Shown here: one piece after another, positions 19,191-30,170 of the stretch
Layout: each line of letters starts with the position of its first letter
How positions within the stretch are numbered: the stretch's first letter is position 1
Assembly (NCBI GenBank): GCA_021325635.1
Contig: JAJPGV010000056.1
Location: 67,037 to 131,036 of the forward strand
DNA: 64,000 nt
Reading direction: 5' to 3'
From: Chloroflexota bacterium
Lineage (GTDB): Bacteria; Chloroflexota; JAJPGV01
Notes under the pieces: generated by a model
Seen by the model: only the letters and a program-made list of their open reading frames with translations
Database searches by the model: none
Told to the model about the DNA's origin: nothing
Made by a program: the position numbers and the translations under genes

Positions 19191-20021
19191 GTGAGTGTCG
19201 ATAGTCCTGCAGTCCGTTTCTCGTCAGGCCTCTATGGAATGGTGCTGCGACTGTATCCACGCACCTTTCAGCTTCGCTATCGGGACGAAACACTGCGGGT
19301 CTTTCGCGACGACTGCCGTGCCAGTCTGGCAACAGGCGGCCAGCTGGCCCTGGTCCAGCTTTGGCTGCGCTCACTCAACGACGTGCTCGGGTGTGCCGCC
19401 GGTGAGCACCTGGCGGAGTGGACGTCCGAGCATCCGGCGCAGCGCCGCAGCGCCCGTGGCCAGGCGCTTTTGACGATTCTGCTCGGGTTGGGCGTGGTCG
19501 CGGTCTTTCTGACTGACATGAATACGCCTCCCGAAACACCGATGGCGGTGATGTATGCCTGCGCTCTTTTTGCCGCTGGTGCGCTTCTGCCGCCGCGGCT
19601 AGCGGCACTTATCGGGATCGCCACCCTGAGCGTCTACGTCGTGGACGGCTGGGTAGCTGCCAGTGGCTGGAGCGGCTACCGCCTGTTGGGTCTCGTGGCC
19701 CTGCTGGCCGCAGGTACATGGGCGCTCCGAACGGGAGCCGATCATGCGCGTCTGAGGGCAGCCAGCGTCTCATCGTCGCCTTCGCGAACGAGCTCATCGC
19801 TACTGGCCCAGGGCGTACTTAGCCCAGCCCTCGAGGCTGGCTCCCCAGCCTCGCCCGAGCAGGCGATCAGGCTATTACGTTTGCTGGCGGCAGACGCAAC
19901 CACGCTTACGACAGATGACCTCGTTCGTGTACTCAACGCCAGCATCGCGGCGTTCGAGACTGCCAGCGGGGCAGTGAAAGAGTCTTCTGGCAGCGCGAAC
20001 GGCGACCTACCGGCTCCGTAA
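19191..20021 (+). CDS. PadR-associated membrane protein
   Basis: AGGAGG RBS then GTG; LRLYPRTFQLRYRDE N-terminal motif typical of PadR partner proteins; about four TM helices. Confidence 0.75.
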   Translation: MSVDSPAVRFSSGLYGMVLRLYPRTFQLRYRDETLRVFRDDCRASLATGGQLALVQLWLRSLNDVLGCAAGEHLAEWTSEHPAQRRSARGQALLTILLGLGVVAVFLTDMNTPPETPMAVMYACALFAAGALLPPRLAALIGIATLSVYVVDGWVAASGWSGYRLLGLVALLAAGTWALRTGADHARLRAASVSSSPSRTSSSLLAQGVLSPALEAGSPASPEQAIRLLRLLAADATTLTTDDLVRVLNASIAAFETASGAVKESSGSANGDLPAP

Positions 20022-20617
20022 AGCCCGCGAGCGAAAAGCCTGAGTATGGCGATGACTTGGGCCTCCGAGCCCGTCGCCAGCAGGAGACGCTCGAACGTCG
20101 CGTAGCTGGTCAGGGCCCAGATGGCCCCAGCCACACTATGGAGCGATTGGCCATCCGCGAGCTCCTGTGCATCGGCCAGCCGTGCAACGAGATCCAAGAT
20201 AAGACGGTAGCGCTGTTCGTCCCAGGCGGACACGACCCGTTCAGCCTCGGGGGCGAGAGCAGCCAGAGCCATCAACCTGCGCCAGATCACATAATCGACT
20301 GCCCACATGTGGCATGACTGCGCGATCAGCAGGTCGAGCGCTTCAACGGCGTCATGAGCAGCAGCGGCTGCCTCGATGAAAGCCATTCCGCCGCGCTGAA
20401 GCGCATCCTCGAGGACAGCTTGCAGGAGTCCGAGGCGCGATTCAAAGTGGCAGTGAATCGTCGATCGGGCGACGCCTACGGCGCGTTCGATGCGCTTGAG
20501 GTTGAGTGCCTCCAGACCGCCCTCGGCCAGCATCTGACGGGTGCCCTCGATGATGCGCCGTCGGGTGCCGGAAAGTTGCTCCTGGCGACTACCCGTCCGC
20601 GCCACAAAGCGCTCCAC
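19742..20617 (-). CDS. TetR family regulator with probable read-through C-terminal extension
   Basis: TRRRIIEGTRQMLAEGGLEALNLKRIERAVGVARSTIHCHFESRLGLL HTH; the last ~90 aa are antisense to the convergent gene. Confidence 0.7.
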   Translation of the reverse strand: MERFVARTGSRQEQLSGTRRRIIEGTRQMLAEGGLEALNLKRIERAVGVARSTIHCHFESRLGLLQAVLEDALQRGGMAFIEAAAAAHDAVEALDLLIAQSCHMWAVDYVIWRRLMALAALAPEAERVVSAWDEQRYRLILDLVARLADAQELADGQSLHSVAGAIWALTSYATFERLLLATGSEAQVIAILRLFARGLYGAGRSPFALPEDSFTAPLAVSNAAMLALSTRTRSSVVSVVASAASKRNSLIACSGEAGEPASRAGLSTPWASSDELVREGDDETLAALRRA

Positions 20618-20726
20618 GCGGCATGTATGCCTGACTGTTCCGCGATTGCAGATGGGCCTCCAATAGGTTGGCGGGCCTCACCTCGTTGTGAGACCCGTCA
20701 CCTCATTTCTTGCGTCTAAAGGTCAA

Positions 20727-22070
20727 CTAGACCTGGTAGGCAAGCTCCCCGTGCTGGGTCACGTCGAGCCCGGCCAGCTCCTCGTGCTCGGGCACGCGCA
20801 GGCCGATCGTGACGTCGATGAGCTTCAGCAGCACGAACGTCATGACGCCCGAATACGCCCAGCTGGCCAGCACGGCGATGAGCTGTACGCCCAGCTGACC
20901 CGGGTTGCCATAGAACAGACCATTCCCGCCGGCCTGGTTCACCAGGACCGTCGCGAACAGACCAGTGGCCAACGCGCCGAAGGTGCCACCGATGCCATGC
21001 ACGGCCCACACGTCCAGCGCGTCGTCGAAGCCAAGCTTGTTCTTCAGCTGCACCGCGCCGTAGCAGACCGCGCCGGCGCCGAAGCCGATGAGGATGGATG
21101 CCAGTGGATTGACATAGCCGGAAGCGGGCGTGATGGCGACCAAACCGGCAACGGCGCCGGCAGCTCCACCGATAGCGCTGGGCTGCTTCTCGTGCATCCA
21201 GCTCAGGGTCATCCACGTCAGCGCGCCCATGGCGGCAGCCGTGTTGGTGACGACGAATGCGCTGGTGGCCAGTCCGCCGCTGGCCAGAGCCGAGCCGGCG
21301 TTGAAGCCAAACCAGCCGAACCACAGTAAGCCGGCGCCGAGGATGGTCATCGTGGCATCGTGCGGCTCCATGGGCTCATCGCCAAGCCCAAGGCGCTTGC
21401 CCAGCATGAGTGCCGCGACCAGCGCCGCAACACCGGAGCTGATGTGCACGACGGTCCCACCGGCGAAGTCCAGGGCGCCCAGGGAATGCAGCCAGCCGCC
21501 TGCTCCCCAGACCCAATGCGCAATGGGGTCATAGACCAGCGTCGCCCACAGCAAGCTGAAGATGACGAACGCCTTGAAGCGTTTACGCTCGGCGAACGCG
21601 CCGGTGATGAGTGCGGGCGTGATGACCGCGAACATCATCTGGAACAACATGTACGCCTGGTGCGGGATCGTGGGCGCATAGTCGGGATTGGGATCCAGAC
21701 CGACGCCGTTCAGACCGGCCCAGTCGAGTCCGCCGATAAAGCCCCAGTGGTCCGGCCCGAAAGCCAGACTGTAGCCAAAAAGCACCCATTGGACGCTGAT
21801 GAGGGCCAGGATGAGAAAGCTGTAGAAGATGGTCGAGAGGACGTTTTTCTTGCGGACAAGACCACCGTAGAAGAAGCCGAGCGCGGGCGTCATCAGCATC
21901 ACGAGCGCGCCTGAGGCGAGCACCCAGGCGGTATCGCCGGAATCGATCTTTGCCGGAGCACTATCGGGTGTTGCCGTCTGCGCCCAGGCGATTGCGGGAA
22001 GAGCCAAGGCCGCTGCGCCCGCCGTCACACCGACGACCGCACGCTTAAGCCAGGTTTTGAAATGAATCAC
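20727..22070 (-). CDS. amtB: Ammonium transporter
   Basis: DSGDTAW, FQMMFAVITPALI, DFAGGTVVH, WFGWFGFNAGS, DDALDVWAVHG; GGAGG RBS. Confidence 0.97.
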   Translation of the reverse strand: MIHFKTWLKRAVVGVTAGAAALALPAIAWAQTATPDSAPAKIDSGDTAWVLASGALVMLMTPALGFFYGGLVRKKNVLSTIFYSFLILALISVQWVLFGYSLAFGPDHWGFIGGLDWAGLNGVGLDPNPDYAPTIPHQAYMLFQMMFAVITPALITGAFAERKRFKAFVIFSLLWATLVYDPIAHWVWGAGGWLHSLGALDFAGGTVVHISSGVAALVAALMLGKRLGLGDEPMEPHDATMTILGAGLLWFGWFGFNAGSALASGGLATSAFVVTNTAAAMGALTWMTLSWMHEKQPSAIGGAAGAVAGLVAITPASGYVNPLASILIGFGAGAVCYGAVQLKNKLGFDDALDVWAVHGIGGTFGALATGLFATVLVNQAGGNGLFYGNPGQLGVQLIAVLASWAYSGVMTFVLLKLIDVTIGLRVPEHEELAGLDVTQHGELAYQV

Positions 22071-22444
22071 TCACACCTCCGAAATGACTGCTCACGCCTG
22101 GTGAAGTGCATTGGCGAGCGGGACGGCACGTGCACATGCCGTTGCTCAACAACTGCTTTCCCCAAGCATGTACCCAATACGGGTATATGCGTTATCACTC
22201 TAGTTGGGGGAGGGCAGGTCGTCATCAGGCGACATCAACGAAGATTCCGCAGCGTATTTGGGCAATGTGCACACTGGCCGGTTGTGCGACTCCGGAAGCA
22301 GCCCGACGGCGAGTGGATGGCGGCGTCTTTCTGTTCCCCTGTCAGCGCCAGCTGTAAATTGACCCAGTAGCGCCAACTCGGAATTGACCCACCCCAGCGG
22401 GAGCTGGCTTCCGAAAGGAAGCCGGCAGTGTCCAATGAGATTCC

Positions 22445-23673
22445 GTGCTGGGAGGCCGAAACGTGAGACAGATCTACGAGATGCATGCCGCTGGCGCGTC
22501 GGTGCGCACCATTGCCCGGACGCTGGGGATCGCCCGCAACTCGGTCCGAAAGTACCTGCGAGCGCCGGAAGTGCCGAAGCCGCCGCCGCGACCGCCGAGG
22601 GGCTCGAAGCTCGACCCATACGCTGACTATCTCCATGAGCAGCTGGGCCGCGGCGTCGATAACTGCGTGGTGCTGCTGCGCGAGCTCAGAGCACAGGGCT
22701 ACGACGGCAGCTACACGCTGCTGAAGAACTTCGTGCAGCCGCTGCGGCGCCGGCGCCAGCCAGTCGCGACGATGCGCTTTGAGACAACACCGGGCGACCA
22801 GGCGCAGGTGGACTGGGGCACGTTCCGTTACCAGACGCCGGAGGGGACGACGAAGACCATCTACGCCTTCGTGCTTGTGCTGAGCTGGTCGAGAGCGATG
22901 TACGTCGAATTCGTGCCCAAATGCGACGTGGCCACCTTCATCCGCTGTCATATCCATGCCTTCGAGCAGCTGGGCGGCATCCCGCGGCGCTGCCTGTACG
23001 ACAACGCCAAGGTGGTGGTGCTCGGTCGCGACGAGGCCGGCGAGCCCGACTGGAACAGCCGCTTCCTGGACTTTGCGCTGCGGCTGGGGTTCCGCATTCA
23101 GCTATGCCACCCCTACCGGCCGCAGACCAAAGGGCGGGTGGAGAGCGGCGTGAAGTACGTGCGCGGCAATTTCTGGCCGACCGCCACATTCACCAACCTG
23201 GCGGACTTGAACCGGCAGGCGCAAACCTGGGTCGCCGGCATCGCTCACCTCCGAGAACACGGCACCACACACGAGCAGCCGGCTGCCCGGCTCAAGCGCG
23301 AACAGGGCGAGTTGGCCAGCCTGCCGGCAGCCAGCACGTTGGAGCCGTTCCTCAGGGAGGAGCGCTTGGTTGGCCGCGATGGCTTCGTCCAATGGGAGCG
23401 CTCTTGGTACGGCGTGCAGTGGCCGTGGGTTGGCAAGACCGTCCAGGTCGAAGCCGACCAGAGCAGTGTCCAGCTATGGTCAGGCGACCGCCGGCTGGCA
23501 GTGCATCCTCGTGCGCTGCAGCCAGGTCAGCGCTTCCCGCTTCCCGGCCAGTGGCAGGACTTGCCCCGTGGCGACGGCCGGCCCAAGCCGGAACCACTGG
23601 CAGTGCAGGTCCCGACCATTGACGTGCAGCGGCGGTCGTTGTCCGCCTACGACCAAATCCTGGAGGTCGCTGG

Positions 23674-23677
<4 letters not shown>
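22445..23677 (+). CDS. istA: IS21 transposase
   Basis: N-terminal HTH, RFETTPGDQAQVDWG, YDNAK, PQTKGRVE DDE signature. Confidence 0.96.
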
Positions 23678-24468
<791 letters not shown>

Positions 24469-24587
24469 CCCTCTTCTTTGTCACCAGGGTGGGTCAATTC
24501 CAACCTGGCGATGGTGGGTCAAATCTACGTTGGCGTTGACACCCCGCGCGACCGCCAGCGGCAACTTAGGCAATCTGCACAATGCGT

Positions 24588-24605
24588 GACACACATATTT
24601 GTGTC
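24588..24605. promoter_or_regulatory. Palindrome GACACA-N6-TGTGTC
   Basis: Perfect 6-bp inverted repeat in the AT-richer stretch just outside the IS right end. Confidence 0.35.
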
Positions 24606-24674
24606 TTCTGCCGATGACAACGCGCGGACGCCCGCCTAATCTGACCGGAGGTAACAACACATAGGAGTTCGCTG

Positions 24675-24761
24675 ATGGAACTAGCGACGTCCCTCGTGCT
24701 CTTCCTTGGAATGGCGTTTTCTTGGGCTGTTCTGCCCACGCGCCACAGTAACGCCGACTAA
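24675..24761 (+). CDS. 28-aa hydrophobic small protein
   Basis: AGGAG RBS, MELATSLVLFLGMAFSWAVLPTRHSNAD*, followed directly by a terminator. Confidence 0.55.
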   Translation: MELATSLVLFLGMAFSWAVLPTRHSNAD

Positions 24762-24779
24762 ACCCGCACAGTACCTCCA

Positions 24780-24821
24780 CAAAAGCCCGGGTGCCTTCTG
24801 TCGCCGCGGGCTTTTGCATTT
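24780..24821 (+). terminator. Rho-independent terminator (possibly bidirectional)
   Basis: CAAAAGCCCG ... CGGGCTTTTG stem followed by CATTT. Confidence 0.65.
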
Positions 24822-25762
24822 GAAATTGGATGTCGCCATCCGGCAGTGAGCTGTCTCGAGCTCATCCGGGATGTTGCAAGGCAGCCATCCGGTCGCTGAC
24901 TTCGCGACCGAACTGCTGCTCGTTGCGAAGTGGGTCGCCTCCCATCAGCGTGAGCTCGTTTCGGCCTTGCTCTTCTGCTGCCCGCCGATGAGGTCCTGCA
25001 GCCAGACCTCGCGGTCCTGCCGCTTGACATCGAGGTACTCGGCGATAATGCACTGGGCCAGGGACGCTGGTGTGCAGTCCTCGACGGGCGCCCTGCAATT
25101 GGAGCTCCTTGCGCTGCTACGCATCAAGCTGCAGTGCGTCTGCGGCCGTTTCCGGAAGCGCCTCCGCAGACTGACCGAACAGCAGCTTGAACCGCCCCGG
25201 GTTTCTTAGAGGCTTCGCTTATTCGAAACTTGGCGTCTGACCAGCAGGGAACCTACGGCCCGAAGTCGGAATTTCCGGCAACGCATTGCCGCGTTCCTGC
25301 ATTTTTGGCCAACTTGCTCTTCACGGCAGACGCATGCTGCCCGTCATCCGAATACGGCACCGGCCAGCTTATGGTCGTCTGCACGGCAAGGGCTTCGTTA
25401 AAGCAACAGCGTCTGCCGCCGCCGCCGTGGCGGCGGGCCGCCGCCGGGGCGCCTGTGGCCCGCGGGGACACGCGCGCCCGGCGGCTACGGCAGCGGCACT
25501 CACAGCCCTGGGTAGGTGTGTTGTTCGCGGCGACAGCCCTCGGCGGGGAGCAGTCGGCGCCGCCGTCGTTATCGCGGCTACGCGGGCCGGCGGCGGGGTG
25601 GCCGCGGTGGTGGTCGTTAGCGCAACAGCGGCAGCGGTGGCCGCGGTTTGCCGCGGTTGCTTGTTAACGACATCGGCGCGCCGCGGGTGTCCCAGCTCCA
25701 AGCGTGGCTCGTAGCCCAGTGCTGCTCGCCTTGTCGCCAACGTGAGAAAATGCGTTGTCTCG

Positions 25763-25987
25763 ATGTCCGCTCCTTCACGCAAGCCACCGAGCCCATCGGC
25801 GGTTCGCCGGCGTTACGAAGTGGGCTACGACCAGACCAAGCGGCTCTACGTCGTGGAAGTGGTGGACCAAACCGGCGAACGCCGGCAGGTGGAAGCTTAC
25901 GCTGACTGGTTGACCGCCGACCGAATGCGTTCCGCCTGCAACGCCCGACTCCAGGAAACCGGCGCCTACCTTCCCGACCGCCGCTAG
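25763..25987 (+). CDS. Hypothetical protein
   Basis: RRRYEVGYDQTKRLYVVEVVDQTGERRQVEAY... protein-like composition; no family recognised. Confidence 0.45.
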   Translation: MSAPSRKPPSPSAVRRRYEVGYDQTKRLYVVEVVDQTGERRQVEAYADWLTADRMRSACNARLQETGAYLPDRR

Positions 25988-26146
25988 TCGTCGGGCCCTC
26001 CCCCGTCGTGGCTACCGGACACGTAGCGCGTTGCTGTGTGGCGCCGCCAGGCGAACCGTGTCGTTCCTGATTCCGTACAGAGAGATGAGTCCAAGGCGGC
26101 TCAATCTCGGCCCTGACGCCTGGAGTGAACTCGAAGGAGGTGGCCA

Positions 26147-26389
26147 ATGCTCTATGGACTGGTAGCGGCAACGGCCAAAGGTGCGCACGAACGGCTTCAA
26201 CGAGAGCGTTGGGCGCGTGTCCTGGAGCAGCGGGCGCCGGCGGAGGTGACCGCGAGCGAAGCGGCGGAGGTCATCGAGGTAAACGTCGACAGACTGCTGC
26301 AGGTGCTGCAGCGAAGTGCTCCCTTTGAGCTGGTACCCGATGTCAGATTCGGACGCGACGCCCTCGTGCGAGCGCTTCGCAAACCTTAG
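26147..26389 (+). CDS. Hypothetical protein (possible HTH)
   Basis: Strong AAGGAGG RBS; VTASEAAEVIEVNVDRLLQVL is HTH-like. Confidence 0.55.
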   Translation: MLYGLVAATAKGAHERLQRERWARVLEQRAPAEVTASEAAEVIEVNVDRLLQVLQRSAPFELVPDVRFGRDALVRALRKP

Positions 26390-26422
26390 CGTCGAGAAGT
26401 CGCCGCTGCGCGCGACGTCGCT

Positions 26423-27595
26423 CTAGCCGCGCACCGGCGACTTCTCGAGTCGGTCCATGACGGCCTGCGCTATGGGCTCACCCACGCGCGCGATGATCGG
26501 TCCCGTGATCGCCAGGATGAGCACGTAGCCCGCGGCCAGCGGGCCAAGCCGCGGCTCGGCGACGGCGGCCAGCCCGGCAATAACGATGTTGAACTCACCC
26601 CTGGCGATAAGGACGGTACCGGCCCGCACCCGGCCGACGGGGCCAATCCCTGCCCGTCGAGCGGCCCACCAGCCGGTGGCCATTTTGGTCGCGGCGGTAA
26701 TCGCCGCCAGGAGCAGCGCCGGGGCAAGCAGCGCCGGCAGCAGCGAGGGATCGGTGTCCAACCCGAAGAAGACGAAGAAGACTGCCGCGAACAGGTCACG
26801 GAGCGGCGCAAGAACGCTGTGCGCGCCTTCCGCCACACGGCCTGACAGCGCGATGCCGATCAGGAAAGCACCGACAGCGCTTGAGACCTGCAGGTGATCG
26901 GCGATGCCCGCCACCAGCAAGGCCAGGCCGAAGACTCGCAACAGTAAGACTTCGTCGTCCGAGCTGAACACCAGCCGGTTGATGACGTGACCGAGTCGGA
27001 GCGCCACCAGCAGCACAATGCCAATCGCGCCGACGGCAATGACCTCGGCCACGGCCGCCGCCCCGGCGCTGGCGCCGGCCACGAGAGCGGTCAGCAGTGG
27101 CAGGTAAAAGGCCATCGACAGATCCTCCAGGACCAGTAAGGACAGCACGACCGGCGTCTCGCGGTTGCCCAACCGGTTCAGGTCGGCCAGCAGCTTGGCG
27201 GCGATACCGGAGGAGGCCGCGTAGGTCACGCCGGCCATGGCAGCCACGGCGGCCGGCGGCCAGCCCGTCACGATCCCGAAGATGGCCCCGGGCGCGGCGT
27301 TGAGGACGATATTGAGCACGCCGGCAGGCGCCTGGGCGCGGAGGTTCTCTAGCAGCTCGGCGGCCGAGTATTCGAGCCCCAGCAACAGCAGCAGTAGGAT
27401 GACGCCGATCTCGGCGCCGGTGGCCAGGAAGTCTTCGCTGGTCGTCAGTGGCACGATGCCGCCCCTGCCGAAGGCCAGCCCGGCCAGCAAGTACAGCGGG
27501 ATGGGCGACAGGCCAATCAGCCGGGCCAACCGCCCCAGAATGCCAAGCCCGAAGATGATGGCTCCGAGCTCGACGAAGATGCCGCCGGAATGCAC
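26423..27595 (-). CDS. CPA2 cation:proton antiporter (KhtU-like)
   Basis: About 12 TM helices, GLEYS, LVLEDL, PLRDLFAAVFF, RGEF. Confidence 0.92.
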   Translation of the reverse strand: MHSGGIFVELGAIIFGLGILGRLARLIGLSPIPLYLLAGLAFGRGGIVPLTTSEDFLATGAEIGVILLLLLLGLEYSAAELLENLRAQAPAGVLNIVLNAAPGAIFGIVTGWPPAAVAAMAGVTYAASSGIAAKLLADLNRLGNRETPVVLSLLVLEDLSMAFYLPLLTALVAGASAGAAAVAEVIAVGAIGIVLLVALRLGHVINRLVFSSDDEVLLLRVFGLALLVAGIADHLQVSSAVGAFLIGIALSGRVAEGAHSVLAPLRDLFAAVFFVFFGLDTDPSLLPALLAPALLLAAITAATKMATGWWAARRAGIGPVGRVRAGTVLIARGEFNIVIAGLAAVAEPRLGPLAAGYVLILAITGPIIARVGEPIAQAVMDRLEKSPVRG

Positions 27596-27598
27596 CAG

Positions 27599-28120
27599 CT
27601 AGCCCGCGGTGAAAATGCGGCCGACGGCCTCGATGCCTTCGCGGGTGCCGACGACTACCACGCGATCGCCACCCTGAAAACGGAAATCGGGGCCAGGCGA
27701 CGGCAGGACCTGCTCGTCCCGCAGCACCGCCACGATGGACGCACCCGTGCGCGTGCGCGCCTGCGTGTCGCCGAGAGTGCGATTGTCATAGGGTGAGCCA
27801 GCCGCGACGCCGATCTCCTCGCTAGCCAGCCCGGCGACCTGTTCGTGCAGCGCTGCCAGCCGCTCGACGATGCGTGGCGCGCCCAGGATCTCGGCCAGGG
27901 CATCAGCTTCCTCAGAGCGCAGCGGGATGCTCTCGCTGCAGCGATCCGGGTCGTGACGGTCGTACACCAGGAGATCGCGCTGGCCTGTTCGGTGGGAGAC
28001 CACACCAATGCGCCGCCCACCGTGAGTCTGGAAGTCGTGCCGCAGGCCAATACCCGGAAGGCGCACCTCATCGACGCGGAGACCACCCTCGCCAGGCAGC
28101 TGGCGTGCGTCCGAACTCAT
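27599..28120 (-). CDS. Antiporter regulatory subunit (KhtT-like, TrkA-C/RCK_C domain)
   Basis: LPGIGLRHDF...IGVVSHRTG...DPD...RTRTGASIVAVLR...SPGPDF; GGAGG RBS before ATG 28120. Confidence 0.9.
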   Translation of the reverse strand: MSSDARQLPGEGGLRVDEVRLPGIGLRHDFQTHGGRRIGVVSHRTGQRDLLVYDRHDPDRCSESIPLRSEEADALAEILGAPRIVERLAALHEQVAGLASEEIGVAAGSPYDNRTLGDTQARTRTGASIVAVLRDEQVLPSPGPDFRFQGGDRVVVVGTREGIEAVGRIFTAG

Positions 28121-28192
28121 TTCCAACCTCCGACGTGGACTTGCACCAGGCGAGTGCTGGACAGAGAATGCCACGACCCATACGGAATCCAG

Positions 28193-29467
28193 TCACGCCC
28201 CGACATTGACGCCGACAAGCCCGAGCACCGTCACCACCAGATAGGCGATCGACAGCAGGCTCACGCCGCCGACCGTACCGTATGCCAGCACATTCCGAAC
28301 AGGTCCATTGGCGTGTTTGCCCATCACCGCGCGGTCGTTCACCAGTCGCACCATCGTGACCAGCTCGATGGGCAGCAGCAAGCCGTTGACGACCTGGGTG
28401 ACGATTAGCAGCTGGATGACGTCGATGCCGGGAATGAGCGCAACAGCCGCCCCGAACGCCAGCAGCCCGGTGAACAAGCCTAGGAACACCGGCGCTTCGC
28501 GGAAGCTTCGGGAGACGCCTCGTTCGAAACCCAGGGCCTCGGTGACGGAGTAGGTTGTGGTCAGCGGCAGCACGGCGGCCGCCAGGGTCGAAGCCCCGAA
28601 CAGTCCAATCCCAAACAGGTAGCCGGCAAACGGACCGGCCAACGGTGAGAGCGCCTGCGCCGCGTCCTGCGCGGTCTGGACATCGAGGTGTTCCACGAAC
28701 AACGTCGCGCCGGTGGCGATGATGATGAAGGCGGCGATGACGTCGCTGAAGATCGCGCCTGCGTAGGCGTCGACGCGCTCTCGAGCGAGATGCTCGGCGC
28801 CGGAACCGCGGTCGGCGACGGCCGACTGCAGGTACAGCTGCATGTAGGGCGTGACGGTCGTGCCGACCGTCGCGACGAACAGCAGCAAGTAGCCGCTATC
28901 GAGCTGGAAGCTCGGGACAACGAGCTGCTGGCCAACCTGTGCCCAGTCCGGCTTGGCCAGCGCGGCTGCAATCGGGTAGGCCAAAAAGACAAGCGTCATC
29001 ACGAGGAAGACGACTTCCACGCGTTTGTAGCTGCCCTTCACGACCAGCCACCACACCAGGGCCGCCGTGGCGGGAATCGCAATCAGCCGCGGCAGGCCGA
29101 ACAGCTCAGCGGCCGCACCTATGCCGGCGAACTCCGAGACCACCAGGGCACTGTTGGCGATAAACAACGACAGCAGCACGAAGGTCGTCCAGTGGATGCC
29201 GAACCGCTCGCGGACCAGGTCCGAGAAGCCTTTGCCCGTGACGGCACCCATGCGCGCCGCCATCTCCTGCACGACGGCCAGGCTGACGGTAATCACCAGC
29301 ATCATCCACAGCATGCGGTAGCCGTACCTGGCACCGACCGAGGCGTACGTGGCGATACCGCCGGCGTCGTTGCCAGCGTTGGCGGCGATGAGGCCGGGAC
29401 CCAGGACTGAGAGGTACGCCAGGAGCCGTGATCGCCGGCGTAGTTTCAATGGAAAGCGCAGAATCAA
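28193..29467 (-). CDS. NRAMP-family divalent metal transporter (NRAMP-related Mg2+ transporter type)
   Basis: GPGLIAANAGNDAGGIATY and GTTVTPYM replace the DPGN and MPH motifs of Mn-type NRAMPs. TTG start at 29467 after GGAGG. Confidence 0.88.
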   Translation of the reverse strand: MILRFPLKLRRRSRLLAYLSVLGPGLIAANAGNDAGGIATYASVGARYGYRMLWMMLVITVSLAVVQEMAARMGAVTGKGFSDLVRERFGIHWTTFVLLSLFIANSALVVSEFAGIGAAAELFGLPRLIAIPATAALVWWLVVKGSYKRVEVVFLVMTLVFLAYPIAAALAKPDWAQVGQQLVVPSFQLDSGYLLLFVATVGTTVTPYMQLYLQSAVADRGSGAEHLARERVDAYAGAIFSDVIAAFIIIATGATLFVEHLDVQTAQDAAQALSPLAGPFAGYLFGIGLFGASTLAAAVLPLTTTYSVTEALGFERGVSRSFREAPVFLGLFTGLLAFGAAVALIPGIDVIQLLIVTQVVNGLLLPIELVTMVRLVNDRAVMGKHANGPVRNVLAYGTVGGVSLLSIAYLVVTVLGLVGVNVGA

Positions 29468-29530
29468 AGGGCACCTCCGCGACACGAGAGGTCTGCTCAG
29501 CGAGCAGCCAGGAGACGCGGAGCGGCCTCA

Positions 29531-29629
29531 CTACGCCCGCGGCAGCAACTCCCGGGGACTGAGGGCGTCCGCGTAGGACACGACGAAAACCAGCCGAGGC
29601 TGGCGACGACTACCAGGGTCGGGGTCCAC
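29531..29629 (-). CDS. Putative proline-rich leader peptide (MgtL-like, 32 aa)
   Basis: AAAGGAGGTG RBS, GTG start, MDPDPGSRRQPRLVFVVSYADALSPRELLPRA*; ends 63 nt before the transporter start. Confidence 0.6.
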   Translation of the reverse strand: MDPDPGSRRQPRLVFVVSYADALSPRELLPRA

Positions 29630-30170
29630 GGACGCTCTCACCTCCTTTCAGCATGGGCGCTCGAACGGCGCGCCCGGAGGCGAGTCAACCTAGAGGAGGA
29701 AGGACCTCCACATGGGGTGAGCAGCTCCGGCGCAGGGGCTTATGCGCCAATTGGATATGGCCTTACGATGACTATCTCCCGGCTCCAAGAGCTCGACCAC
29801 CCCCTTTCCAAAGAAGCCCGCGGCGCCAGTCGTGTGCTTGCCGCGCGGCCCGAGCAGTGTAGCACCGCACATCCCGCCAGTGGCCATGTCGGCATCGCAA
29901 CTGCGGATCGCCATCAGTTCGGCAACCAAACCAGGCGCTCCTTGCATTAGCACCAACGCGTTGCGGTTATGAATGACGGTTCCAAGCTCGGTTTGTGCTC
30001 AAACTCCGGCAACGCCGAGGACGCATGGCCGGCCAATTTCTTGGGTTGAGTTACGGGCGCTGCGTCGGCCGCCGCTCCTCCTCCTCCCCTGCCTGAAACG
30101 GAGGCGGCGCCGCCACGCGGGGGTGTGTGGTGGCCCAATGGCGCGGGGGGTGAGAGCCGCCGTTACGAGG

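Noticed and set aside
24822-25740. Ala/Thr/Pro-rich and other fragmentary minus-strand ORFs
   Set aside because: Frames switch repeatedly and no family is recognisable; likely debris.
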